Positions 1 through 8,127 of a DNA stretch of 36,824 nt are shown here, piece after piece. The position numbers and the translations under genes are program-made. Source of the stretch: Nitrospiraceae bacterium (GTDB taxonomy: Bacteria > Hydrogenedentota > Hydrogenedentia > Hydrogenedentales > SLHB01). A model generated the notes under the pieces. The model worked only from the letters and a program-made list of their open reading frames with translations, searched no databases and was not told where the DNA came from. Where the stretch lies: positions 1 through 36,824 of the forward strand of contig JAACEL010000007.1 of NCBI GenBank assembly GCA_011682535.1, read 5' to 3'. Every line of letters begins with the position of its first letter. Within the stretch, counting starts at the first letter, position 1.

Positions 1-1
1 C

Positions 2-1111
2 GATCGCGGTGATCGTGTCGCGCTTGAGGGCGAACGGCTCTTCCTGCATCTCGGCGATGTAGAGGGGACTGCGCGGCCAGTTGCCATCGGCGTGCGTGCC
101 CTCGGGACACAGGTTGCCGATGTAGTAGATCTTGCCGTTCTCGATCGAGCGGAAACAGGCGCAGCCGGTCGCGGAGGATTCGATGGGGCCGCCGTCGGCA
201 CAGGTGAGCGCTCGGGGCGGCGCCCAGGTCTCGCCACCGTCCTCGGAGAAGCTCAGCCACTTTCGGCCGGGGATGTCGTTCATCTTAGCGTTGCTGCCGC
301 GGCAAAGCGCCGCGAGGCGGCCGTCTTTGAGTTCGACGGGGGCCGATTCGCTCAGGCCACGGCTGCTCTGTTCGGGCGTGGTGCGCAGCGCCTCGCCCAC
401 GCGCCAGGCCAGTGAGCCGTCATGCTGATACTCGCCAATCACCATGCGTACCTCGTAGACGACCATACCGGATTGGGGATGGTGGACCACGTTGCCGTCG
501 CCATCGATCTGTTGCTTGAACCCAGGTACGACGATCCGGCCGGTGCGGGTCTTGATGGGGAAACAAAAGCTGATACCCATGCCGCCGGGGAGACCGAAGT
601 CGAAACTGCGCGGCTCGGGTGGTGGCCCCGCGAGCGGGTCGTAGTGGTTGATCTCGATCTCGCGCGGTTGCTCCACGTCGATGTGGTCGTCGGGATAAAA
701 CATCTTGCTGACCAGCGTGATGAGCTTGCCGGTGTCGTTGTCGAAGAAGCCCGCGTTTTCAATGTAGCGCACGCGCCCACCCTCGACGGCGTGGCTATCC
801 AGTGCCAGCACGGGTTCCGTCCACGTCGCGCCATTGTCCTCGCTGAAGCTGTCGTGGAAATGGTCATACGTGTCCGACGCATCCACCCAGCCGAACCGAC
901 GCATCAGGGCGAGTTTCGAGCGATGGACGTATGTGACAAATCCAGGGAACACACCGGTGCCGTCTTGCGTCGGCACGAAGATCTCCTTACTCAATCGCCG
1001 CATCGTCTGCGTTTCCTCCCCGGCATGGCTCGTCCCCAGCAACGTCGCCGCCGCGCCCCCGGCCGCAACGCGCTGGAGAAACTCACGGCGAGTCGTTATG
1101 CGTCTGGTCAT
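2..1111 (-). CDS. BNR/Asp-box repeat protein, sialidase (GH33)-like, Tat-type signal peptide; partial, 3' end runs off the left window edge
   Basis: Absent from the ORF track because no stop codon lies in the window. Minus-strand ATG at 1111-1109 has AAGGAA about 8 nt upstream. My translation MTRRITTRREFLQRVAAGGAAATLLG... stays open down to position 2. Two in-frame Asp-boxes are present: SEDNGATW (W codon 821-823) and SEDGGETW (W codon 224-226). The listed + ORFs 92-415 and 422-1162 look like Arg/Ala/Gly-rich shadows. Confidence 0.8.
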   Translation of the reverse strand, partial: MTRRITTRREFLQRVAAGGAAATLLGTSHAGEETQTMRRLSKEIFVPTQDGTGVFPGFVTYVHRSKLALMRRFGWVDASDTYDHFHDSFSEDNGATWTEPVLALDSHAVEGGRVRYIENAGFFDNDTGKLITLVSKMFYPDDHIDVEQPREIEINHYDPLAGPPPEPRSFDFGLPGGMGISFCFPIKTRTGRIVVPGFKQQIDGDGNVVHHPQSGMVVYEVRMVIGEYQHDGSLAWRVGEALRTTPEQSSRGLSESAPVELKDGRLAALCRGSNAKMNDIPGRKWLSFSEDGGETWAPPRALTCADGGPIESSATGCACFRSIENGKIYYIGNLCPEGTHADGNWPRSPLYIAEMQEEPFALKRDTITAI

Positions 1112-1128
1112 CTGCTTGGATTCCTTGT

Positions 1129-3846
1129 TTACTGGGTGGCCAGGTTGACGTTGTCGATATAGAAGACGACTTCTTCGGTAGCGTTGGAGACGAACCCGTA
1201 CCAGTCGAGTCGGCGGAAGTTGGTGTCGCCGCAGGGCAGGTTGTCGTAGCGCTGCGGTGGTTGTCCGGGGAACGTGAGCGTCAGGTTCCACGTGCCGTTC
1301 GCCGCCTTGCCGAGGGGGCACTCGATCTCGACCTGCACCCAGGTGTCGGGGGGGATCGTGAGCGCCGGCTTGCCGGGGATGCCGAGTTTGCCGGTAGCGT
1401 CGAGACGCAGGCTGGGGCCGACGCGGTAGGGACTGTTGCTGTCGCGCCATTCGTGGTAGAAGACGGCGCCGGGCCCGGCGCGCAGGGCGAAGGAGCCCAC
1501 GGCGGTGCCTTTCTTGAAATGCGGAGCGTAGACGAGGTGGGGGTTGAAGGAGTGCTGCAGGCCGGGGGCGTCGGTGAACTTGAGGCTGCGCTCGCCCTGG
1601 GCAGCGGTCTCGTTCGTCACGCGGATTGTGGCGGTATCTTCTTCGCCGAGGGTGGCGGCGCTGGCGGCGGTCGCTTCGATGGGCGTGTCTTCGAACCCAT
1701 CGCTGATGACCAACGGCGCTGGCGCGGGTGGCGGCGAGAAGGGCTTACGCGGGATCCGGTTGGGCTTGTCGACCCACTCGGGTTCGCCGTAGAGACCGAT
1801 GCCGGTGGTGTCGATGGGGTTGAAGCCCAGTTGCAATGCGGGCGACTCGGGTTTGAGACGGAAGTCGCCCGCCTCCGCGTTGACAAAGAGCGGGTCGGCC
1901 ACGATCGAGTGCGTGTCGAAGCCTTCGGCCTGCCACTCCGCGAACGTGCGGCCCGCGAAGTCCAACTCGTCCGACGACGTGTCCCAGTAGCAATTGTTGT
2001 CGAGGGTGAAGTTGCCGTTCTTCCAGGTGCTGCCCAGCAGACGGCCGTTGTTGAAGTAGATGATGTTGCGGTCGAGGATGAACGACACGTGCTCCTCTTC
2101 GCGTGAACGGATAAGCTGCTCGCGGTGGGAGAAGGCGAGAATGTTGTTGACGACGCGGTTTTCCTTGCCGTAGTGCTGGTGGAGGGTGCCGGTGAGGGTG
2201 TTGTAGACGATGTTGTTTTCGGCGAGGATGCCGGTGCTGCCCTCGTCGAAGTAGATACCCCAGCCGCCGGAGACCTTGGGGTTGGAGAGGATGTCGTGCA
2301 TGAGGTTGTTGCGCAGCACCGTGCCGGGCGACATGCCGAGGGTGTAGATGGCGCCCATGTCGCTGAGTTGGCCGTGGCCGCAGTGGTGGATGTGGTTGTA
2401 TTCGACGACGTTGTGGTGGGCGGAACTCTCGGCATAGCCCCACGACCACCCGATCGACATGCCCGAGTAGCGGAAGTCGCAGATCTCATTACGGGCAATC
2501 GTGTTGTAGGAACTGCGGCCGATCCACACGCCGACAGCGCTACGGAAGATCCGGCCGCCGTCGTGCAGGAAACAGTTCTCGACCACGTTGCGGAGCACGG
2601 CTTCGTTGTCCGACGCCGGGCTGCCGCCTTCGCCGATGCGGACGCCGCCCGCGCCAAGGTCGAACGCTTCGGTGTGAGTCAGGCGGTTGTCCTGGCAACC
2701 GGTTCGGAACCATACGGCGTAGGTGCCGAGATGGGCGAGTTCGCAGCGGTCGATCGTACAGTGGCGCGCGCCCGTGGCCTCGAACGCGGCGGGAACGGAG
2801 TAGGCCGCCTGCCCATCGCTATGGCCTTCGGGGGCGATGGGATACTCGGTGTAGTGGAGCTTGAGTCCGGAGAAATGGAGGTACTCGACGAACCGGCCTT
2901 CGGCGGGTTGCCCGTCGAGCCTGATCAACTGCCGTGCGACGGGCGCGATGACGTCGGCAGTCGCCAGATCTTCATTGGGCGCGGGGATGTAGTAGACCTT
3001 GTCTTCCTTGCGGTTGAGGAACCACTCGCCGGGCCGGTCGAGAGCTTCGAAGAGGTGCTCGACGAAGTACCACTGATCGTTGCGCCAGCGGGTGAAGGGC
3101 CAACGGGCCGGGCCGGTGAACTCGATGTAGCGCCCGGCGGTGTCGATGCTCTTGGGACGGTGCAGCGAGGTGGCCCAGGAATGGAACACGACGAACACGG
3201 CGTCCTTCAGCGAAGGCCAGGACTGCAAATCGCCCGCGCGGTAGCGGAACTTCGTGGCGCTCTTCACTTCCTTACCATCGGCGCCAATTTCAAGGGCTGC
3301 GGAGGCCGTATAAAAGAAGTCGTCGTCGGTGGGTTCGTCACCGGCGGGATGGGTGGCGTTGGGGGTGCGGGCCGGTTGGCGGCGCACGCCGTTGACCCAC
3401 AACGCGCCAAATTCCCAACCGTCCGCCACATCGGCCACCCAAAAATCGCCCTCCTGACGCCAGCCGGTGATGGCGCGCCCGCCGTGAAGCACGGGCGTCT
3501 CGCCGGGATAGGCGGCGTAGGTGACGGGGGCTTGTTCCGTACCCGAGTCTTCGGGGCCAAAGACAACGGGCTCCGTCATCGAATACATACCGCCGCGCAA
3601 AAGCACCTGGACCGGTTCGGTCAACGTGCCCGCGGCGCGCATGGCGCGCAAGAGATCGCGGGCGCGGGCGATGGTGGCGACGGGGCCGTCCGAGGCGGTG
3701 GCATTGGGCGCGTCGAGTGTACCCGACCACGCGTCGTTACCGTTGGTGGCGACATAGATGGTGAGCGATTGCGCAGCGGGGCAGAGCGCGATGCACAGCG
3801 CGAACGCGACGCACCAGACGATAACGATCCCTTTGTTCCCAGACAT
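1129..3846 (-). CDS. Secreted right-handed parallel beta-helix protein (pectate-lyase-fold, DUF1565-like N-terminus) with extra C-terminal beta-sandwich-like domain
   Basis: ORF 1129-3948. I prefer the internal ATG at 3846, which has GGAGGA 6-7 nt upstream. It gives MSGNKGIVIVWCVAFALCIALCPAAQS (signal peptide) followed by LTIYVATNGNDAWSGT. There are repeated NN..xxN/G beta-helix rungs (NNIVYNT, NRVVNNILAF, DRNIIYFNN). Only 17 nt separate it from the downstream BNR gene. Confidence 0.85.
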   Translation of the reverse strand: MSGNKGIVIVWCVAFALCIALCPAAQSLTIYVATNGNDAWSGTLDAPNATASDGPVATIARARDLLRAMRAAGTLTEPVQVLLRGGMYSMTEPVVFGPEDSGTEQAPVTYAAYPGETPVLHGGRAITGWRQEGDFWVADVADGWEFGALWVNGVRRQPARTPNATHPAGDEPTDDDFFYTASAALEIGADGKEVKSATKFRYRAGDLQSWPSLKDAVFVVFHSWATSLHRPKSIDTAGRYIEFTGPARWPFTRWRNDQWYFVEHLFEALDRPGEWFLNRKEDKVYYIPAPNEDLATADVIAPVARQLIRLDGQPAEGRFVEYLHFSGLKLHYTEYPIAPEGHSDGQAAYSVPAAFEATGARHCTIDRCELAHLGTYAVWFRTGCQDNRLTHTEAFDLGAGGVRIGEGGSPASDNEAVLRNVVENCFLHDGGRIFRSAVGVWIGRSSYNTIARNEICDFRYSGMSIGWSWGYAESSAHHNVVEYNHIHHCGHGQLSDMGAIYTLGMSPGTVLRNNLMHDILSNPKVSGGWGIYFDEGSTGILAENNIVYNTLTGTLHQHYGKENRVVNNILAFSHREQLIRSREEEHVSFILDRNIIYFNNGRLLGSTWKNGNFTLDNNCYWDTSSDELDFAGRTFAEWQAEGFDTHSIVADPLFVNAEAGDFRLKPESPALQLGFNPIDTTGIGLYGEPEWVDKPNRIPRKPFSPPPAPAPLVISDGFEDTPIEATAASAATLGEEDTATIRVTNETAAQGERSLKFTDAPGLQHSFNPHLVYAPHFKKGTAVGSFALRAGPGAVFYHEWRDSNSPYRVGPSLRLDATGKLGIPGKPALTIPPDTWVQVEIECPLGKAANGTWNLTLTFPGQPPQRYDNLPCGDTNFRRLDWYGFVSNATEEVVFYIDNVNLATQ

Positions 3847-4014
3847 TACCTGTTCCTCCCGTGTCGCGCGTGTTGGCATCTTGAGCCGACGCGCCCTCCC
3901 TCCACTATAGCAAAACGGCGGGCCGCTTGGGGATGATGACGCGTTCATGGTTCGCGCACTCCGCTTGCGGCGGACGCGATGGATGTTGGAGAAAATTGTT
4001 GGTTCGTTCCTGGA

Positions 4015-4043
4015 TTGCCGCCGCGATCAGCGTCGTGTACACT
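4015..4043 (+). promoter_or_regulatory. Putative sigma70-type promoter TTGCCG-N17-TACACT for the SGNH esterase gene
   Basis: -35 at 4015-4020, exact 17-nt spacer, -10 at 4038-4043. It lies about 45 nt upstream of the GTG start at 4089. Other predicted promoters in the window have the same leader length class. Confidence 0.35.
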
Positions 4044-4088
4044 GTCATGAGCGCAAGTTGGCCTTGGATCTAAGGGAGAGAATGTCAG

Positions 4089-5288
4089 GTGCGAATCTGT
4101 AGCGTGGTGGGTGGGTGTTGGAGCGTCCTGGCGTTTACGATGGGGGCAGGCCTGGCAACGCTTTCGGGGCAGGCGGCCGAGGGGGCAGCCGTCGATGTCG
4201 AGGAACTCGACCCGGCAATGGCGACGCCGGGTCCGGATGGCAATTGGCTGTGGTACGACGTCGAGGATATCGGCGTGGAAGGCAAGGGCTGGACGGACAC
4301 GGAGCATTACTACGACCGTCTGCCCGCGAAAGCAAAGGGTGTGGTGCGCGACGCGGTGTGGCAGTTGAGCACGCACTCGGCGGGGCTATGCGTCCGGTTC
4401 GTGACGGATGCCGACACGATCGCCGCGCGATGGTCGCTCACATCATCCAATCTGGGCATGGCGCACTTCCCGCCCACAGGGGTGAGTGGCGTCGATCTCT
4501 ATGTGCTCGACAAGAGCGCCGGTGAACCGGGAATATGGCGCTGGATCGGGGCCGGCCGCCCCGACAAGCAGCAAAACGAGGGCACACTCGCCCGGGGAAT
4601 CCCCGAGGGCAAGCACGAGTTCCTCCTCTATCTCCCCCTTTACAACGGAACGGAGTCGGCCGCGATTGGGCTGCCGCCCGGCGCCGTGCTGGAGAAGCCC
4701 CCCGCGCGTCCGCCCGAGCGCGCGCTCCCCATCGTGATCTACGGAACTTCGATCGTGCAGGGCGGCTGCGCGTCGCGCCCGGGTATGGCGCACACGAGCA
4801 TACTCTCACGGAAACTGCGCCGTCCCGTCATCAACCTGGGCTTCTCCGGAAACGGCCAGATGGAAATGGAGATAGGCGAATTGCTGGCGGAGTTGGACGT
4901 AGCCGCCTACGTCATCGACTGTCTGCCCAATCTGAAGGCCACACAGGTCACTGAGCGGACTGAGCCGTTCCTCCAAGCCCTGCGCAAGGCGCGTCCCGAC
5001 ACGCCCATCGTGCTGGTGGAGAACATTCAATATCAGGCGGGCGCGTTCCTGCCTGCGGCCCGTCAGTCCTACGAAGCGAAGAACGATGCCCTGCGCGCCG
5101 CCTATGAACGGCTCAAGGCGGACGGCGTGCCAGGGCTGTACTACGTCCCGTGCGACAACTTGCTGGGCGATGACGGCGAAGCAACCGTAGATGGCACACA
5201 TCCAACGGACCTGGGTTTCCTGCGCATGGCGGAAGCAATCGAGCCCGTACTCAGCGAGATACTCAACTTAGGGCTCGTGCAAGAATAA
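4089..5288 (+). CDS. SGNH/GDSL-family hydrolase with N-terminal GxDLY-type domain (carbohydrate O-acyl esterase-like), secreted
   Basis: GTG start with GGGAGAG upstream and a hydrophobic N-terminus. GVSGVDLYV matches the GxDLY motif. SGNH blocks are IVIYGTSIVQGG (block I Ser), GFSGNG (block II Gly), and DGTHPTDLGF (block V D..H). Confidence 0.85.
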   Translation: MRICSVVGGCWSVLAFTMGAGLATLSGQAAEGAAVDVEELDPAMATPGPDGNWLWYDVEDIGVEGKGWTDTEHYYDRLPAKAKGVVRDAVWQLSTHSAGLCVRFVTDADTIAARWSLTSSNLGMAHFPPTGVSGVDLYVLDKSAGEPGIWRWIGAGRPDKQQNEGTLARGIPEGKHEFLLYLPLYNGTESAAIGLPPGAVLEKPPARPPERALPIVIYGTSIVQGGCASRPGMAHTSILSRKLRRPVINLGFSGNGQMEMEIGELLAELDVAAYVIDCLPNLKATQVTERTEPFLQALRKARPDTPIVLVENIQYQAGAFLPAARQSYEAKNDALRAAYERLKADGVPGLYYVPCDNLLGDDGEATVDGTHPTDLGFLRMAEAIEPVLSEILNLGLVQE

Positions 5289-5482
5289 GTTTGCCGTTTC
5301 CGCGCTCAGATTTGCGTCGAATTCAAGCGCGACGATTGAGCAAGACCGCAGGAATAGCAGGGCTATTTCGAGAATTTTGCGATTGAAGATCGTCCAAAGA
5401 TAAGCTAAGTACGAGCGCCGAATTGTCCAATTTATTCTGACTTGGCACCTAAGATTCGGTCGCGAATGGGAAAGGACAGGAG

Positions 5483-6730
5483 ATGGCTCAGGAAGAAGGA
5501 TTCTTCTCGGTCAAGGAATTCGGCGCGATGGGCGACGGCCAGACGGACGATACTGCGGCGATTCAGGCGGCCATCGACGCGGCAAGTGGTGACGGCGGGA
5601 ACGTGCTTCTGCCGCCCGGGCGATATGCGGTATCGGGGTCGCTACACATCGCTCCGGGCGTGACGGTAATGGGCGTGCACGACGCGCCGGTGGGATTCAC
5701 GGCGCCCACCGCCACTGTCCTTCTCGTGACAGGTGGACGCGATGACGAAGACGCGCCAGCCCTGTTCGAGATGGGCGATTCAAGCATGTTGCGGGCGTTG
5801 ACACTTTGGTGGCCGGACCAGACGCCCGACGATGTGCACCCCTATCCATGGGCCGTCCATATGTTCGGCAACGACAACACCGTCGAAAACCTCACATTCA
5901 TCAATGCCTACAACGGCATTCGCGTCGGACCGGAAACCAATTGCCGCCATCGCATTCGGAGTTGTTACGGGTGCCTACTGCGCCGGGGCGTGTTCGTCGA
6001 CAACACGTGGGAGATCGGGCGCATCGAGAACTGTCAATTCCATCCGCATTGGTGGTCGCAACCCGAATTTGGCGGGGATTGGAAAAAGGTCAGCGCCTAC
6101 ATGGCCGAACATCTTGAGACGTTCATCTTCGGTAGGACCGATTGGGAATATGTCACGAACAATTTCATTTTCTCCTGCAAGATAGGCTATCAATTCATCC
6201 ACACCGAACACGGCGAATTCAACGGCCACATGACCGGGTGTGGGGCGGATGGCAGCGGCACGGCAATATGGGTAGAGCGCTTGCAGAAAATGGGGCTGCT
6301 GATTGCGGGCGGCGAGTTCGTGTCACTTTCTGGAGCTGACCCTGTGCAAGTGCGCGTCCGGCCAGGTTGTGACCAGGGCAGCGTCCGCTTCACCAACTCG
6401 GCGTTCTGGGGGCTGTCGAACCACGTGGCCGTGCTCGAAGGCGACGCGTACGTCTCATTCTCAGATTGCTACTTCACCAACTGGAAGAAAGACGTTCCGG
6501 ACAAGCCCATTCTGCTGGCGGCGAAGGGACGATTCCAAGTCAACAACTCAACCTTCGACACGCCCCATCCCAGCGTCCACATCGGCCCCGAGATCCGCCA
6601 TGCCATCATCCGCGGCAACAACGGCATCACGGGTGTCCGCATCCAGGACGAGTCCCAAGGCAAGTCCATCATCGCCGACAACGAGCCCCCTTCCGCTGTC
6701 GACGATCCATTCGCCCACGAGCCCCGCTGA
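5483..6730 (+). CDS. Pectate-lyase-superfamily (Pectate_lyase_3 / GH28-related-like) beta-helix protein, no signal peptide
   Basis: ATG with AAAGGACAGGAG upstream. N-terminal FGAMGDGQTDDTAAIQAAID is the hallmark of the Pectate_lyase_3 family. It is collinear over about 400 aa with the protein at 33225-35015. Confidence 0.85.
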   Translation: MAQEEGFFSVKEFGAMGDGQTDDTAAIQAAIDAASGDGGNVLLPPGRYAVSGSLHIAPGVTVMGVHDAPVGFTAPTATVLLVTGGRDDEDAPALFEMGDSSMLRALTLWWPDQTPDDVHPYPWAVHMFGNDNTVENLTFINAYNGIRVGPETNCRHRIRSCYGCLLRRGVFVDNTWEIGRIENCQFHPHWWSQPEFGGDWKKVSAYMAEHLETFIFGRTDWEYVTNNFIFSCKIGYQFIHTEHGEFNGHMTGCGADGSGTAIWVERLQKMGLLIAGGEFVSLSGADPVQVRVRPGCDQGSVRFTNSAFWGLSNHVAVLEGDAYVSFSDCYFTNWKKDVPDKPILLAAKGRFQVNNSTFDTPHPSVHIGPEIRHAIIRGNNGITGVRIQDESQGKSIIADNEPPSAVDDPFAHEPR

Positions 6731-6832
6731 ATCACAACCTCGAATCCTGTCGGGAAAGCCAGTATAAGACTATCCGCAGCCAAGAACGCGGGCTATACGC
6801 CATCAAGATAGATAACCGTAAGGAGTACACAC

Positions 6833-8104
6833 ATGAACAAGTCGAGCAAGATTTCACGGCGCGGTTTTCTTGGCCGCGGCGCCGGGCTACTGGCCGCCGG
6901 GCTGGCCGCTCCCTACTTCGTACCGGCCGTTGCGTTCGGCGCCAACGATCGGGTCAATGTGGGTTACATCGGCGTGGGACGCCGTGCGCGCCAGTTGATG
7001 AACCTGCCGCGCGGCATGGAGATCGTCGCGTTCAGCGACGTAAATCAGGCGCGCCTCGACGAGATGACGGAGAGGAATAAGGTTCGCACTTACAAGGACT
7101 ACCGCGAGATGCTCGCCAGCGACGACGTCGACGCCGTCGTTGTCGCCAGCCCCGACCACTGGCACGCGCTTAACACCGTGCACGCGTGCGAAGCGGGCAA
7201 GGACGTCTATGTCGAAAAGCCGATGACGCTGACCGTCCGCGAGGGCCGCGCAATGGTCGACGCCGCCCGCAAGCACAAACGCATCGTGCAGGTGGGCAGT
7301 CAACAGCGGTCGATGAAAGAGTGCCGGCTGGGTTGCGAACTCGTGCGCAACGGACGCATCGGAACCGTCCACACCGTTCACGGCAGCAACTACCCCAGTC
7401 CGTGGGAGTGCGAGTTGCCCGGGCAGCCGGTGCCCGACGGACTCGACTGGGACATGTGGTGCGGCCAGACGGTACCCCGTCCCTACCATGAGGAGTTGTA
7501 CCTGCCGCGCGTTCGTGGCCACGAGCAGGGCTGGATCTCGTTCCGCCCTTACTCCGGCGGCGAGATGACCGGCTGGGGGGCACATGGCCTCGACATCATC
7601 CAGTGGGCGCTGGGTTACGAAGAAAGCGGTCCGGTGGAGGTGTGGCCTGAACTGGACAAGGTTCCGCCGTTCGACGGCGAGCACAAGGGCCCGCGCTGCG
7701 AGGTATATTACCGCTACGACAACGACACGGTGCTCAAGCTTGACGGCAAGGGCGCTGGCGGCGGCGGACTGTTCGTGGGCGATAAGGGCGAAGTCTGGAT
7801 CGATCGCGGTAAGTGCAAGACCACGCCGGAGGCGATCGCTGAGGAACCCATCAAGGACTCGGACATCCACCTCTACAAGAGCGACCACCACCTGAAGAAT
7901 TGGCTTGACTGCATCCGCTCGCGCGAGACTCCCGTGGCCGATGTAGAGATCGGACATCGTTCCGCCACCGTCTGCCACCTGGGCAACATCGCGCGCTGGA
8001 CGAAACGCAAGCTGCAGTGGGATCCGGAGAAAGAAGTCTTCGTCAACGACGACGACGCCAACACCTATCTCGAACGTCCGATGCGCGCCCCCTGGACGTT
8101 ATAA
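6833..8104 (+). CDS. Gfo/Idh/MocA-family NAD(P)-dependent oxidoreductase with twin-arginine signal
   Basis: AAGGAG SD. SRRGFLGRGAGLLAAGLAAP is a Tat motif. VGYIGVGRRA is a Rossmann motif. DVYVEKPM is the typical EKP motif of the family. Confidence 0.9.
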   Translation: MNKSSKISRRGFLGRGAGLLAAGLAAPYFVPAVAFGANDRVNVGYIGVGRRARQLMNLPRGMEIVAFSDVNQARLDEMTERNKVRTYKDYREMLASDDVDAVVVASPDHWHALNTVHACEAGKDVYVEKPMTLTVREGRAMVDAARKHKRIVQVGSQQRSMKECRLGCELVRNGRIGTVHTVHGSNYPSPWECELPGQPVPDGLDWDMWCGQTVPRPYHEELYLPRVRGHEQGWISFRPYSGGEMTGWGAHGLDIIQWALGYEESGPVEVWPELDKVPPFDGEHKGPRCEVYYRYDNDTVLKLDGKGAGGGGLFVGDKGEVWIDRGKCKTTPEAIAEEPIKDSDIHLYKSDHHLKNWLDCIRSRETPVADVEIGHRSATVCHLGNIARWTKRKLQWDPEKEVFVNDDDANTYLERPMRAPWTL

Positions 8105-8127
8105 GTGCGCCGCATAGCGGCGCTACT
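8104..8127. terminator. GC-rich hairpin between convergent genes (possible bidirectional terminator)
   Basis: GCGCCGC (8107-8113), ATA loop, GCGGCGC (8117-8123), a perfect 7-bp stem with flanking AGT/ACT. It overlaps both stop codons (8102-8104 and 8123-8125). There is no clear U-tract. Confidence 0.4.

Noticed and set aside
2125-3936. 603-aa + strand ORF, together with many other long ORFs antisense to confident genes. Examples are 1261-2106, 6887-7978, 10584-11870, 12894-13733, 25716-26660, 27495-28793, 32002-33084 and 33300-34724.
   Set aside because: They lie opposite genes with clear family signatures. Their translations are dominated by Arg, Ala, Gly, Val, His and Asp runs with no recognisable motifs or ribosome-binding sites. 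Long stop-free antisense frames are expected at this GC content.
5443-5458. TGGCAC upstream of the 5483 gene, which looked like a sigma54 -24 element.
   Set aside because: The expected -12 TTGC(A/T) at the fixed spacing is absent; the sequence there is AAGATTCGG. No enhancer-binding protein is nearby.
5289-5482. The AT-richer 194-nt spacer before the cytoplasmic beta-helix gene, examined for a promoter or terminator.
   Set aside because: Only weak hexamers and a 5-bp stem (CGTCG/CGACG) are present. Nothing meets the TTGnnn-N17-TAnAnT pattern seen at the other predicted promoters.
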